This document shows positions 56,561-64,000 of a stretch of DNA of 64,000 bases, piece by piece; position 1 is the stretch's first letter, and every line of letters begins with the position of its first letter. The stretch comes from an uncultured Phycisphaerae bacterium (GTDB lineage: Bacteria; Planctomycetota; Phycisphaerae; UBA1845; PWPN01), in NCBI GenBank assembly GCA_938005315.1, contig CALLOB010000005.1, forward strand, positions 19,413-83,412, in the 5' to 3' direction. The notes beneath the pieces were generated by a model that was not told the origin of the DNA, ran no database searches, and saw nothing but the letters and a program-made list of their open reading frames with translations. Made by a program: the position numbers and the translations under genes.

Positions 56561-56614
56561 CTCAACTTATCCTGCCAGCGACCGATATCCACCATAGCGA
56601 CTGTTATCGGGAGT
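56561..56614 (+). promoter_or_regulatory. Three-block conserved intergenic element, copy B
   Basis: The element is CTCAACTT-N10-CGACCGATATCC-N12-GTTATCGG-GAGT. It lies 170 nt upstream of ATG 56784, inside a 379-nt gap. Confidence 0.5.
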
Positions 56615-56783
56615 GCTTGTGCGGCAATGGGTTAGCGCGCAAGCCACCCGCCCGGAAGGATCCGAACGAACGTTCGCCAGGGATGGCGTCATGCCCCCGC
56701 CGATTCGCGCGGCGCAAGCACGCCCGGACTTCCCGGCGACAAGCAGCCCGGCTGTTGCCCGGGGATTGCGTGAAAGGCCCGCA

Positions 56784-58037
56784 ATGAGCCGCCCCATCGC
56801 CAGACCCTTCTTCGTCAGCGACGCGCCGCATTTTGGCGGGGCCGAGCGCTACATCGTGGCGATGTGCGCGGCGGCGCGCCGTCGGGGTTTGTCGCCGGGG
56901 ATCCTGTGGATCGACCGGGGCATCGCCGGTGAAGCGGTGATGGAGCGGCTGCGACAAGAGGGCGCGCCGGTGAAGGTTCTTGATGGGCGGCGAGGCGCCG
57001 GCACCGGACTGGTGCGCGGTTTTCTTTCGGCCCTCGATGAGACCGGGGCGGATGCACTGATCTTCAACGCCTGTGGACGGGCGGGATTCTGGCTGTTGCC
57101 GTGGGCGGCGCGGTGCAGAGGACTGCCGGCCGTATGGGTGCATCAGATGGTTGATGCCCGCGATCACCGCCGACTGCCGGCACGGTGGTGGAACGGCCGG
57201 ATGGAGGGCCTGCAGACCTGGCGTGTGCCGCAGGCTGTGCGGCACACGCTGGCCATGGCCGCCTGCCGGGCGGCGGTGACGCTGAACGAGGCCGACGGCG
57301 AGCGCATCGTCCGCTGGCTGCGGGCGCCGCGCGACCGGCTGCATGTCGTTCCGCACGGCGTGGACTGCACGGAGTACCGCTACGATGCCGCCGCGGGGAT
57401 GCGGCTTCGTGCCGCGCTGAAGCTGCCGCCGCCGGGGGCCGGGCCATTCGTGGTCGGCACCGCCGGCCGGCTGGTTCGCGGCAAGGGTGTGGACCTGCTG
57501 ATCCGTGCGGCCGCGCTTTTGAAGGATCGCGGCCTGGACGTGGAAGTGCTGGTGGCCGGCGACGGCGAGGCCAAAACCGAGCTGGCGGAGCTGGCGGCGG
57601 GGTTGGGCGTGGCGGGCCGGGTGCATTTCGCCGGTTTCATGGAGGACATGCCGGCCTTCTACAGCGCCCTGGACGCCTTCGCGCTGTGCAGCCTCACCGA
57701 GTCGTTCGGCCTGGCGATCGCCGAGGCCATGGCCTGCTGCCGGCCGGTGATCGCGACGCCCACGGCCGGGGCCTTGCGTCAGATCGAGCACGGCGTGAAC
57801 GGCCTGCTATTGCCGGGTTTCGACGCCGGCGCCCTGGCCGAGGCGATTGCGCGGCTGGCGGGCGATTCCCGCGCTGCCGCGCGCCTGGGCGAGGCCGGGC
57901 GCCGCAGCGTACTGCAACACTACAGCATCGACCTCACGCTCGAGCGGACGCTGCGAGCCTTGCGCGGCCGGGCCCGGGCCTGCAGCTGTCCGGTCGATCC
58001 GCCGCAGGTCGTCGCGGTCGGGGAGGAGCGAGCATGA
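56784..58037 (+). CDS. GT4-family glycosyltransferase
   Basis: Starts MSRPIARPFFVSDAPHFGGAERY. Contains GRLVRGKGVDLLI and SLTESFGLAIAEAMACCRPVIAT. The ORF-track N-terminal extension (56613) is trimmed. Confidence 0.8.
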   Translation: MSRPIARPFFVSDAPHFGGAERYIVAMCAAARRRGLSPGILWIDRGIAGEAVMERLRQEGAPVKVLDGRRGAGTGLVRGFLSALDETGADALIFNACGRAGFWLLPWAARCRGLPAVWVHQMVDARDHRRLPARWWNGRMEGLQTWRVPQAVRHTLAMAACRAAVTLNEADGERIVRWLRAPRDRLHVVPHGVDCTEYRYDAAAGMRLRAALKLPPPGAGPFVVGTAGRLVRGKGVDLLIRAAALLKDRGLDVEVLVAGDGEAKTELAELAAGLGVAGRVHFAGFMEDMPAFYSALDAFALCSLTESFGLAIAEAMACCRPVIATPTAGALRQIEHGVNGLLLPGFDAGALAEAIARLAGDSRAAARLGEAGRRSVLQHYSIDLTLERTLRALRGRARACSCPVDPPQVVAVGEERA

Positions 58038-59287
58038 GAATCCTTGTGCCCCTGCCCTTCGACCCTTCGGACACCGCTCACGGCCGGAATCTGCGGGTGG
58101 TGAACCTGCTGGCGCACATGAGCGGGCTGGCCGAGGTTCGCTGTCTTGTCGAGAACGCAGAGGTGGCCGCGCGGCTGGGGCCGATGCTTCCGTCGGCCCG
58201 GGTGGAAGCCGCGGAGGCGATGCTTTCCCGCTCCGACCGCCGGCTGCCGCGGGTTTCGCGTGTCGGGGCGTACTTCGGGAGCTCGCCGGAGCTGGTGGCG
58301 GCGACGGCGGCCGCCGCCAGACAGGCCGAGGCAGTGTTGGGCTTCGATCTGCCCTCGATCAACGCGGTGCTGGCGGCCCGGTCGGTCGCGGACCGTCCGC
58401 GGCTGATCCTGGACGTCATTGACGACCCATGGCAGACGTGGCGGAGCGGTTGTCGGTCGGAGCGTCTGGGGCTGACGGGCTTGAAGACGGCGTTGTGCGT
58501 GCGGCTGGCTCGGCGGTTTCTGCTCGCGCGGCTCGATGCCGTCGTGGCTATCTCGCCGCAGGATGCCGCAAGCCTGGGCCGGGCATGCGGAAAACGCGTC
58601 CACGTCGTGCCTAACGGGGTGGATCCGCAGCCCCCAACATGTCTCACGGAACCGCGCGAGGCCATGGTGATCTTCACCGGAGCGATGGATTTCGGGCCTA
58701 ACGAGGAGGCGGCGTGTTTTCTGGCCAGGCAGCTGTGGCCGGGCATCCGGCGGGCGGCCGCGGAACGTGATGCCGGTCGGGCCGCTTCGCTGGAGCTGGT
58801 GATCGCCGGGTCGAATCCGACCGCGGCGGTGCGGGCGCTGGCCGGGATTCCCGGCGTGCGGGTCACGGGCCGGGTGCCGGATCTCGGCGCGTGGCTGCGG
58901 CGGGCCTGCGTGGCGACAGCCCCGATGCGCTCGGGCACGGGGATGAAGAACAAGGTGCTGGAGGCCCTGGCCGCGGCGTGCCCGGTGGTGGCGACCAGCG
59001 CCGGCGCGGCGGGCCTGCCGCAGGGAAAGGAGCATGGTCTGCTCGTAGAGGACGACTCGAATCGCCTGGCCGAGGTCATCGGGGCACTGGCCGCGGATCC
59101 CGAGCGGGCGCGGCGGCTGGGCCGGGCGGGATGGCGGACGGTCCGCGACCGGTACGCCTGGGCGGACTGTGCTCGTCTGATGATCGAAACCGTCGGCGAG
59201 CTGGTGCGCCGGGTCCGCACGGCGCCGGCCGCGCCGGCCGGCCCTCGAACGGGCGAACAGGAGGCGCTGCCCCATGCCGCTTCGTAG
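58034..59287 (+). CDS. GT4-family glycosyltransferase
   Basis: The ATG overlaps the previous stop (ATGA) after GGGAGGAGcgagc. Starts MRILVPLPFDPSDTAHGRNLR. Contains FTGAMDFGPNEEAACFL and APMRSGTGMKNKVLEALAAACPVV. Confidence 0.75.
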   Translation: MRILVPLPFDPSDTAHGRNLRVVNLLAHMSGLAEVRCLVENAEVAARLGPMLPSARVEAAEAMLSRSDRRLPRVSRVGAYFGSSPELVAATAAAARQAEAVLGFDLPSINAVLAARSVADRPRLILDVIDDPWQTWRSGCRSERLGLTGLKTALCVRLARRFLLARLDAVVAISPQDAASLGRACGKRVHVVPNGVDPQPPTCLTEPREAMVIFTGAMDFGPNEEAACFLARQLWPGIRRAAAERDAGRAASLELVIAGSNPTAAVRALAGIPGVRVTGRVPDLGAWLRRACVATAPMRSGTGMKNKVLEALAAACPVVATSAGAAGLPQGKEHGLLVEDDSNRLAEVIGALAADPERARRLGRAGWRTVRDRYAWADCARLMIETVGELVRRVRTAPAAPAGPRTGEQEALPHAAS

Positions 59288-60635
59288 TGTCGCGTTTCTG
59301 CTCTACTTCTTCGGCAGCTGCGGCGCCGCGTTCATCTACCCGATGGTCGGGGTGGTCTGCTACGTGGTGCTCTACCAGGTCTACCCCCAGACCACGTGGT
59401 GGGGCCAGCCGCTGGACGTCTACGGCATCCGCTACTCGTTCGTCTGCGGGCTGTGCCTGACGGTGGGCATGCTGCTGAACATCAAGCGGCTGCCGGCCGG
59501 CCGGCAGATCATGCACCCGGTGGAGATCGGCACGGTCTGCGTCTTTCTGGCGATGCTGCTGTCCTCGCTGATCGGCGCCAGCCGCAACCACTTCACGGAG
59601 CTGTACCTGGACAAGATGGCCAAGGTGGTGGTGTTTCTGCTGGTGATGTCGCGGGTGGTGGTGACCCGGGACCGGCTCTGGATCATGGTGCTGACGTTCA
59701 CGGCGATGGCCTGGTACCTCGGCCACGAGGCCACCAACGCCCCGCCGGGCGCGTTTCACCGCAACCGCGTGGACGGCATCGGCGGCCCGGACTTCCGCGA
59801 GGCCTCGTCGCTGGCGATCCACCTGAGTTCGCTGTTGCCGTTCGTGGCCATCACGCTGAGCGACCGGCGGCTTTACGTCCGGCTTTTCGCGGTCGCCGCC
59901 GCGGCCTACGCGGTCAACGGCATTCTGCTGTGCCGGGCGCGGTCGGCGTTCCTGGGAGCCGTGATCGCCGCTGGCGTGGCCCTTTTCTACGTGCCGCGCC
60001 GTTACCGCAGCCTGCTGATCGGGGCGATGATCCTGGGAACCGCGGGCATGCTGGTGCTCAGCGACGACTGGTTCTGGGACCGCATGGTGACCATCGCCAG
60101 CCCGTCGGAGGAGCGCGACCAGTCGGCGGCGGTGCGGCTGATCGTGTGGCGGGCCGCCTGGGACATGTTCCGCGATTACCCGATGGGCATCGGCGTGGGG
60201 CAGTTCCAGTGGCAGATCCGGCAGTACAGCGAGGAGCTCAACTGGATCCGGCGCGACGCGCACAACACCTACATCCTCTGCGCCTGCGAGCTGGGCATCT
60301 TCGGCCTGATCGCCTACCTGGCCACGCTGGGCGGCGGCTGGTGGACGCTCAACCACGCCATCCGGCGTGCCAGGCAGTGGCTGCCGACGCCGGGGAGATA
60401 CGAGCTGATCATCTTCGCATCGCGCATCAGCCTGGTGGTGTACGCGATCTCGGGGCTGTTCGTCAGCCGTCTGTACACCGAGGCCGCCTGGTGGCTGATC
60501 ATGCTGCCGGTCTGCATCCACCGGGCGGTCGAAAGCGAGATCCGCGCCGAGGCCCGCGCCGAAGAGCAGGTTTACGCGCGGCTTGCGCGGTGGCTGACGA
60601 ACCCGGAGGCGCCCGGGGCGGCGCCGGCCTACTGA
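59274..60635 (+). CDS. O-antigen ligase/polymerase-like (Wzy_C) polytopic membrane protein
   Basis: About 10-12 hydrophobic spans are visible. The Wzy_C-type motif is RDAHNTYILCACELGIFGLIAY. It resembles the O-glycosylation-ligase type found in exosortase loci. Confidence 0.75.
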   Translation: MPLRSVAFLLYFFGSCGAAFIYPMVGVVCYVVLYQVYPQTTWWGQPLDVYGIRYSFVCGLCLTVGMLLNIKRLPAGRQIMHPVEIGTVCVFLAMLLSSLIGASRNHFTELYLDKMAKVVVFLLVMSRVVVTRDRLWIMVLTFTAMAWYLGHEATNAPPGAFHRNRVDGIGGPDFREASSLAIHLSSLLPFVAITLSDRRLYVRLFAVAAAAYAVNGILLCRARSAFLGAVIAAGVALFYVPRRYRSLLIGAMILGTAGMLVLSDDWFWDRMVTIASPSEERDQSAAVRLIVWRAAWDMFRDYPMGIGVGQFQWQIRQYSEELNWIRRDAHNTYILCACELGIFGLIAYLATLGGGWWTLNHAIRRARQWLPTPGRYELIIFASRISLVVYAISGLFVSRLYTEAAWWLIMLPVCIHRAVESEIRAEARAEEQVYARLARWLTNPEAPGAAPAY

Positions 60636-60651
60636 CCCCAGGAGTCCTGCG

Positions 60652-61704
60652 TTGCGGAGCAGCGCCGCCACAACCGAACCCCGGGAAATCCGCGCGGCGG
60701 CGATCCGCCGGGTGAACCGGAGCTTCCACGCCCGGGCCCAGGCGTGCTTCGATCGCGAGCACCGCCGGCGGCACCGGGCCGAACGGGGCTTCTGGGAGCA
60801 GGTCGCCCTCCGGCTGCTCCGCGAGCGCCGGGCCGGCGCGGGGCCGGCCGGCCGCGGCCTGGTGGTCGTGGACCTGGCCTGCGGGACAGGCTTCGCCGGC
60901 CGCGTGCTGGGCCGCCGGCTGGGGCCGGGCGTCCGGCTTCTTTCCCTGGACCTCACCGAGGAGGCCATCCGCACGGTGCGGAATAAGTGGCATCACGATC
61001 CGGTTCCGGACGGGCCGCGGCTGATCGGCAGTGCCGCCGACGCCGCGGCTCTGCCCCTGGCCGACGCGTCGGTGGACCTGGTGGCGATGAACGCCGCCCT
61101 GCACCATATGCCGGCGCCGGCGGATGTGCTGGCCGAGGTCGACCGCGTGCTGCGGCCCGGGGGGCTGTTCGCGCTGGGTTTCGAGCCCAATGCGGCCCAT
61201 TTCCGGAACACCGCCCTGCGCGGCCTGTCGGCCGGCCTCGACCGGCTGGCGTGGTACCTCGATTTCAGACAGAACCGCCGCCGCCTGAGGCGTCTGGGGC
61301 ACAGCCTTGGACTGGTCTGCCCGGGCGAAAAAGCCCGCCGGACGCCCGACGGGCCGGATACGGCGGATCGGATCGGCGGCGTGGAGGTGGTCGAGGAGGA
61401 TCTGCCCCGGGAGGTTCTGGAACTGCTCGACCCTCACGCCAGGGGAGCCGGCGGGCGGGCGGGTTTCGATCCGCATGAGCTGCTGGCGGGATTGCCTCGT
61501 GCCTACGAGGTGATTCTCATCCGCTCGAGCGACTATCTGGGCGACGCGGCCCGGCGGCTGCCGCCGCTGCGAGGGTTGGCGGACGCCGTCATGGGGGCGC
61601 TATGGCCGGGCCAGGGTGTCCTTTTCTCCTGGCTGGTGCGCAAGCCCGGCGTCGGCCGGGAGGGATGCCCGAACGCGCCGATCGGCGGCAGGGCCCGGGC
61701 GTGA
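60652..61704 (+). CDS. Class I SAM-dependent methyltransferase
   Basis: The TTG start follows GGAGtcctgcg. Contains VVVDLACGTGFAGRVL, VDLVAMNAALHHM and LRPGGLFALGFEPN. Confidence 0.7.
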   Translation: MRSSAATTEPREIRAAAIRRVNRSFHARAQACFDREHRRRHRAERGFWEQVALRLLRERRAGAGPAGRGLVVVDLACGTGFAGRVLGRRLGPGVRLLSLDLTEEAIRTVRNKWHHDPVPDGPRLIGSAADAAALPLADASVDLVAMNAALHHMPAPADVLAEVDRVLRPGGLFALGFEPNAAHFRNTALRGLSAGLDRLAWYLDFRQNRRRLRRLGHSLGLVCPGEKARRTPDGPDTADRIGGVEVVEEDLPREVLELLDPHARGAGGRAGFDPHELLAGLPRAYEVILIRSSDYLGDAARRLPPLRGLADAVMGALWPGQGVLFSWLVRKPGVGREGCPNAPIGGRARA

Positions 61705-61719
61705 CCAGGGGTGCGATGC

Positions 61720-63678
61720 GTGTGCGGGATCGCGGGACTGGTACGGTTGGACGGGCTGACGCCGGCGGAGCGGGGCGTCGGGGCGCGCATGGCCCGGACG
61801 CTGCGCCACCGCGGACCGGACGGCCTGGGCGCCTACGAGGACGCCTGCGCGAGCCTGGGCCATACCCGGCTGAGCATCGTGGACCTCTCCAACGGCCGTC
61901 AGCCGATGGCCAACGAGGACGGCACGGTGTGGGTCACGTTCAACGGCGAAATCCACAACCACCTCGAGCTGGCCGAGGGTCTGCGTGCCCGGGGCCACGT
62001 GCTGCGGACCCGCTGCGACACGGAGGTGCTCGTCCACCTCTACGAGGAGTACGGCGAGGACTTCGTCGAGCGGCTCAACGGGATGTTCGCCGTCGCATTG
62101 TGGGACGTCCGCCGGCACCGGCTGATACTGGCCCGTGACCGGCTGGGCATCAAACCGCTGTACTGGCACGACGACGGCCACCGGATCGTCTTCGGCTCGG
62201 AGCTCAAGGCCCTGCTGGTGCCCGGCGACATCTCCCGAGAGGTGTGTCCGGAGGCCCTGCACGACTTTCTGACCTTCGGCCACGTCCAGAGCCCGCGGAC
62301 GATCTACCGCGGCGTGCGACAGCTGGAGCCCGGCGAACTGCTGTGCCGCACCACCGCCGGACTGCGTCGGCGGCGCTACTGGGACCTACCGGTCGGGCAG
62401 GCGGACACGGAGGTCGCGGCGGGGGACGAAACCCGCTGGATCGACCGCTTCGCGGCCTTGTTCGAGCATGCGGTCGGTCTGCGCATGGCGGCGGACGTGC
62501 CGCTGGGCGTGTTTCTCAGCGGCGGCGTGGACTCGGCCGCGGTGACCGCGGCGATGTGTCGCCGGGCGGACGGGCCGGTGCTGACGCGAACCGTCGGATT
62601 CGACGAGAGCGATCATGACGAACGTCGCGCGGCCGCGGATCTGGCCGGGCGACTGGGCACCGATCACCGCGAGATCGTCGTCCGGCCCGACGCCGTCGCG
62701 GCCCTGGAACGCCTGGCCGGGTGCTTCGACGAGCCCTTCGCCGATCCCTGTGCCGTACCCATGTACCACCTGGCCGCCGCCGCCCGGCAGAGCGTGACCG
62801 TCGCTCTCTCCGGTGACGGCGGCGACGAGCTGCTGGCAGGCTACCGCCGCTACCGTTTCGACCTGGCCGAGAGTCGTCTTCGCCGGGCGATGCCGGCGTG
62901 GCTGCGGTGGGCCGCCGCCGGCGCCGGGCGGCATTGGCCTTCCGGCGGGCGTCTGCCGCAGGCGTTGCGCGCCGGCCGCACGCTGGAAAACCTGGCCCGC
63001 GACGACATCGCCGCCCACCTGCGGAGCACGGCGATCGTGGGCGGCACCCTCCCGCAAACGGTACTCCGGCCGGAATGGCGCCGGGCGGGTCTGGCGGACC
63101 CCTTCGACAAGGGGCGGGCCTGCTTCGACCGTGCCGCGGGAGCCGCGCTGCTCAACCGGCTGCTGTACGTCGATATCAAGACGCTTATGGCGGACGGCAT
63201 TCTGACCAAGGTGGACCGGGCCTCGATGGCCGTCGCCCTGGAGGTGCGTCCGCCGCTGCTGGACCACCGGCTGGTGGAGCTCTGCGCGGCGATGCCCGAT
63301 GATCTGAAACTGCAACGCGGCCGCGGCAAGATCGTGCTGCGCCGTATGCTGGCCCGTTGGCTGGGCGATGCGGTGGCCGCGCGTCCCAAGCGCGGCTTCG
63401 ACGTGCCGGTCGACGTCTGGCTTCGCGGGCCGTTGCGACCGATGGTGACCGACCTGCTGTTGACGGCGGACGCCCGTTGCCTGGAGTGGCTGGATCGCCG
63501 TGCGGTCGCGCGACTCGCCGAGGAGCACGCCCGCGGCCGGCGCTCCGGCGGCCTGGCCCTCTGGACGCTGCTCAACCTGGAGCTGTGGGCCCGCAGTGCC
63601 GCGACGTGCAGCCGCCCGTCGAGCGAAGCTGCGGCAGCGGGCCGGCAGGGGAAGGAGAACCTCTTATGCGCGTGCTGA
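61720..63678 (+). CDS. asnB: Asparagine synthase (glutamine-hydrolysing)-type amidotransferase
   Basis: I set the start to GTG 61720 so that the product begins M-CGIAGLV, with the Ntn Cys at position 2. Contains HRGPDG, NGEIHNH, RDRLGIKPLYW and the PP-loop FLSGGVDSA. Confidence 0.85.
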   Translation: MCGIAGLVRLDGLTPAERGVGARMARTLRHRGPDGLGAYEDACASLGHTRLSIVDLSNGRQPMANEDGTVWVTFNGEIHNHLELAEGLRARGHVLRTRCDTEVLVHLYEEYGEDFVERLNGMFAVALWDVRRHRLILARDRLGIKPLYWHDDGHRIVFGSELKALLVPGDISREVCPEALHDFLTFGHVQSPRTIYRGVRQLEPGELLCRTTAGLRRRRYWDLPVGQADTEVAAGDETRWIDRFAALFEHAVGLRMAADVPLGVFLSGGVDSAAVTAAMCRRADGPVLTRTVGFDESDHDERRAAADLAGRLGTDHREIVVRPDAVAALERLAGCFDEPFADPCAVPMYHLAAAARQSVTVALSGDGGDELLAGYRRYRFDLAESRLRRAMPAWLRWAAAGAGRHWPSGGRLPQALRAGRTLENLARDDIAAHLRSTAIVGGTLPQTVLRPEWRRAGLADPFDKGRACFDRAAGAALLNRLLYVDIKTLMADGILTKVDRASMAVALEVRPPLLDHRLVELCAAMPDDLKLQRGRGKIVLRRMLARWLGDAVAARPKRGFDVPVDVWLRGPLRPMVTDLLLTADARCLEWLDRRAVARLAEEHARGRRSGGLALWTLLNLELWARSAATCSRPSSEAAAAGRQGKENLLCAC

Positions 63679-64000
63679 GCGCCACACTCTGCTACCCGGC
63701 GGCTGACGCCCCTGAGGAGGGGATTTTCGTCCAGCGGCGTCTGGTCGCCCTGGCCCGCCGCTATCCGGTGGACGTGCGGGTGGTGGCCCCGCGGCTGCGA
63801 TGTCCGCTGCTGCGCAGCCGCCGACCGCAGGACCCGGTCGGGGAACCGCTGAAGGCCTGTTACCCCTCGATGCCCAGCGTGCCGCTGCTGGGCCGCCTGA
63901 CCGACGGGATGGCCTTTGCCCGTTGCCTTCAGCGCGCGATCCTTGCCGGAGGCGAATGGCGACCCGACCTGCTGGACGCTCACTTCGAGTACCCCGACGG
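63666..64000 (+). CDS. GT4-family glycosyltransferase (5' part; continues beyond window)
   Basis: ATG 63666 overlaps the asnB end. The sequence MRVLSATLCYPAADAPEEGIFVQRRLVALARRYPVDVRVVAP is typical of a GT4 N-terminus. There is no stop before the window end. Confidence 0.6.
   Translation, partial: MRVLSATLCYPAADAPEEGIFVQRRLVALARRYPVDVRVVAPRLRCPLLRSRRPQDPVGEPLKACYPSMPSVPLLGRLTDGMAFARCLQRAILAGGEWRPDLLDAHFEYPD

Noticed and set aside
59274-60635. Candidate exosortase (polytopic membrane protein inside a PEP-CTERM-type locus).
   Set aside because: It carries the Wzy_C/O-antigen-ligase signature (RDAHNTYILCACELGIFGL). It has no exosortase-like conserved Cys/Arg/His pattern that I can see.
32337-64000. 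tRNA-Val-anchored genomic island or integrative element.
   Set aside because: There is no integrase, recombinase, transposase or conjugation gene. I saw no direct repeat of the tRNA 3' end, and no obvious G+C shift in the coding part. Only the 470-bp repeat segment is compositionally distinct. The idea is kept as a weak possibility in the repeat-segment finding.

Overview
This is a very GC-rich bacterial chromosomal segment. I estimate roughly 65-70% G+C by eye; this was not computed. Almost every real gene is shadowed by long Arg/Gly/Pro/Ala-rich antisense or off-frame ORFs. I chose frames by recognisable protein motifs, third-position GC, RBS/start context and start/stop coupling (ATGA, GTGA).

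The gene content suggests a Planctomycetota-like (Phycisphaerae-like) organism: DUF1573-type, NHL and HEAT-repeat secreted proteins, dockerin/EF-hand-like C-terminal modules, and BamD/LptE/Lnt envelope genes. This is inference only.

Layout:
- Positions 1-32.3 kb hold housekeeping, envelope and sugar-nucleotide genes: an MBL hydrolase, two secreted proteins with dockerin-like tails, metF, comM, a TIM-barrel isomerase, a 2-Cys peroxiredoxin, a GH3-family protein, an alpha/beta hydrolase, mutY, a DUF1573/TlpA-like protein, GT2, wecB, bamD-like plus lptE-like, ftsH, two unknowns, galE, lnt plus a HEAT lipoprotein, gmhA-hldE and an aldo/keto reductase.
- tRNA-Val(CAC) lies at 32337-32410, with a textbook sigma-70-like promoter. 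It is followed by a 470-bp AT-richer, repeat-dense non-coding segment.
- Positions 32.9-64 kb form one continuous polysaccharide locus of more than 25 genes. It contains a 1222-aa ExeA-like AAA ATPase fused to a huge coiled coil, divergent from an OPX / PCP / BY-kinase-like / FemAB-like set. It also contains 9 glycosyltransferases, split wzm...wzt ABC exporter genes, a deacetylase, 3 methyltransferases, 2 AsnB-type amidotransferases and a Wzy_C/O-antigen-ligase-like membrane protein.

Most interesting observations:
- the ExeA-coiled-coil fusion;
- the hybrid export logic, with PEP-CTERM-locus-type accessory genes but no exosortase, flippase or initiating transferase in view;
- a recurring intergenic CCGATAA/TTATCGG motif, and a 53-nt three-block element that mark the transcription-unit boundaries of the locus;
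- the tRNA-flanking repeat array.

No CRISPR array, rRNA, transposase or integrase was seen.
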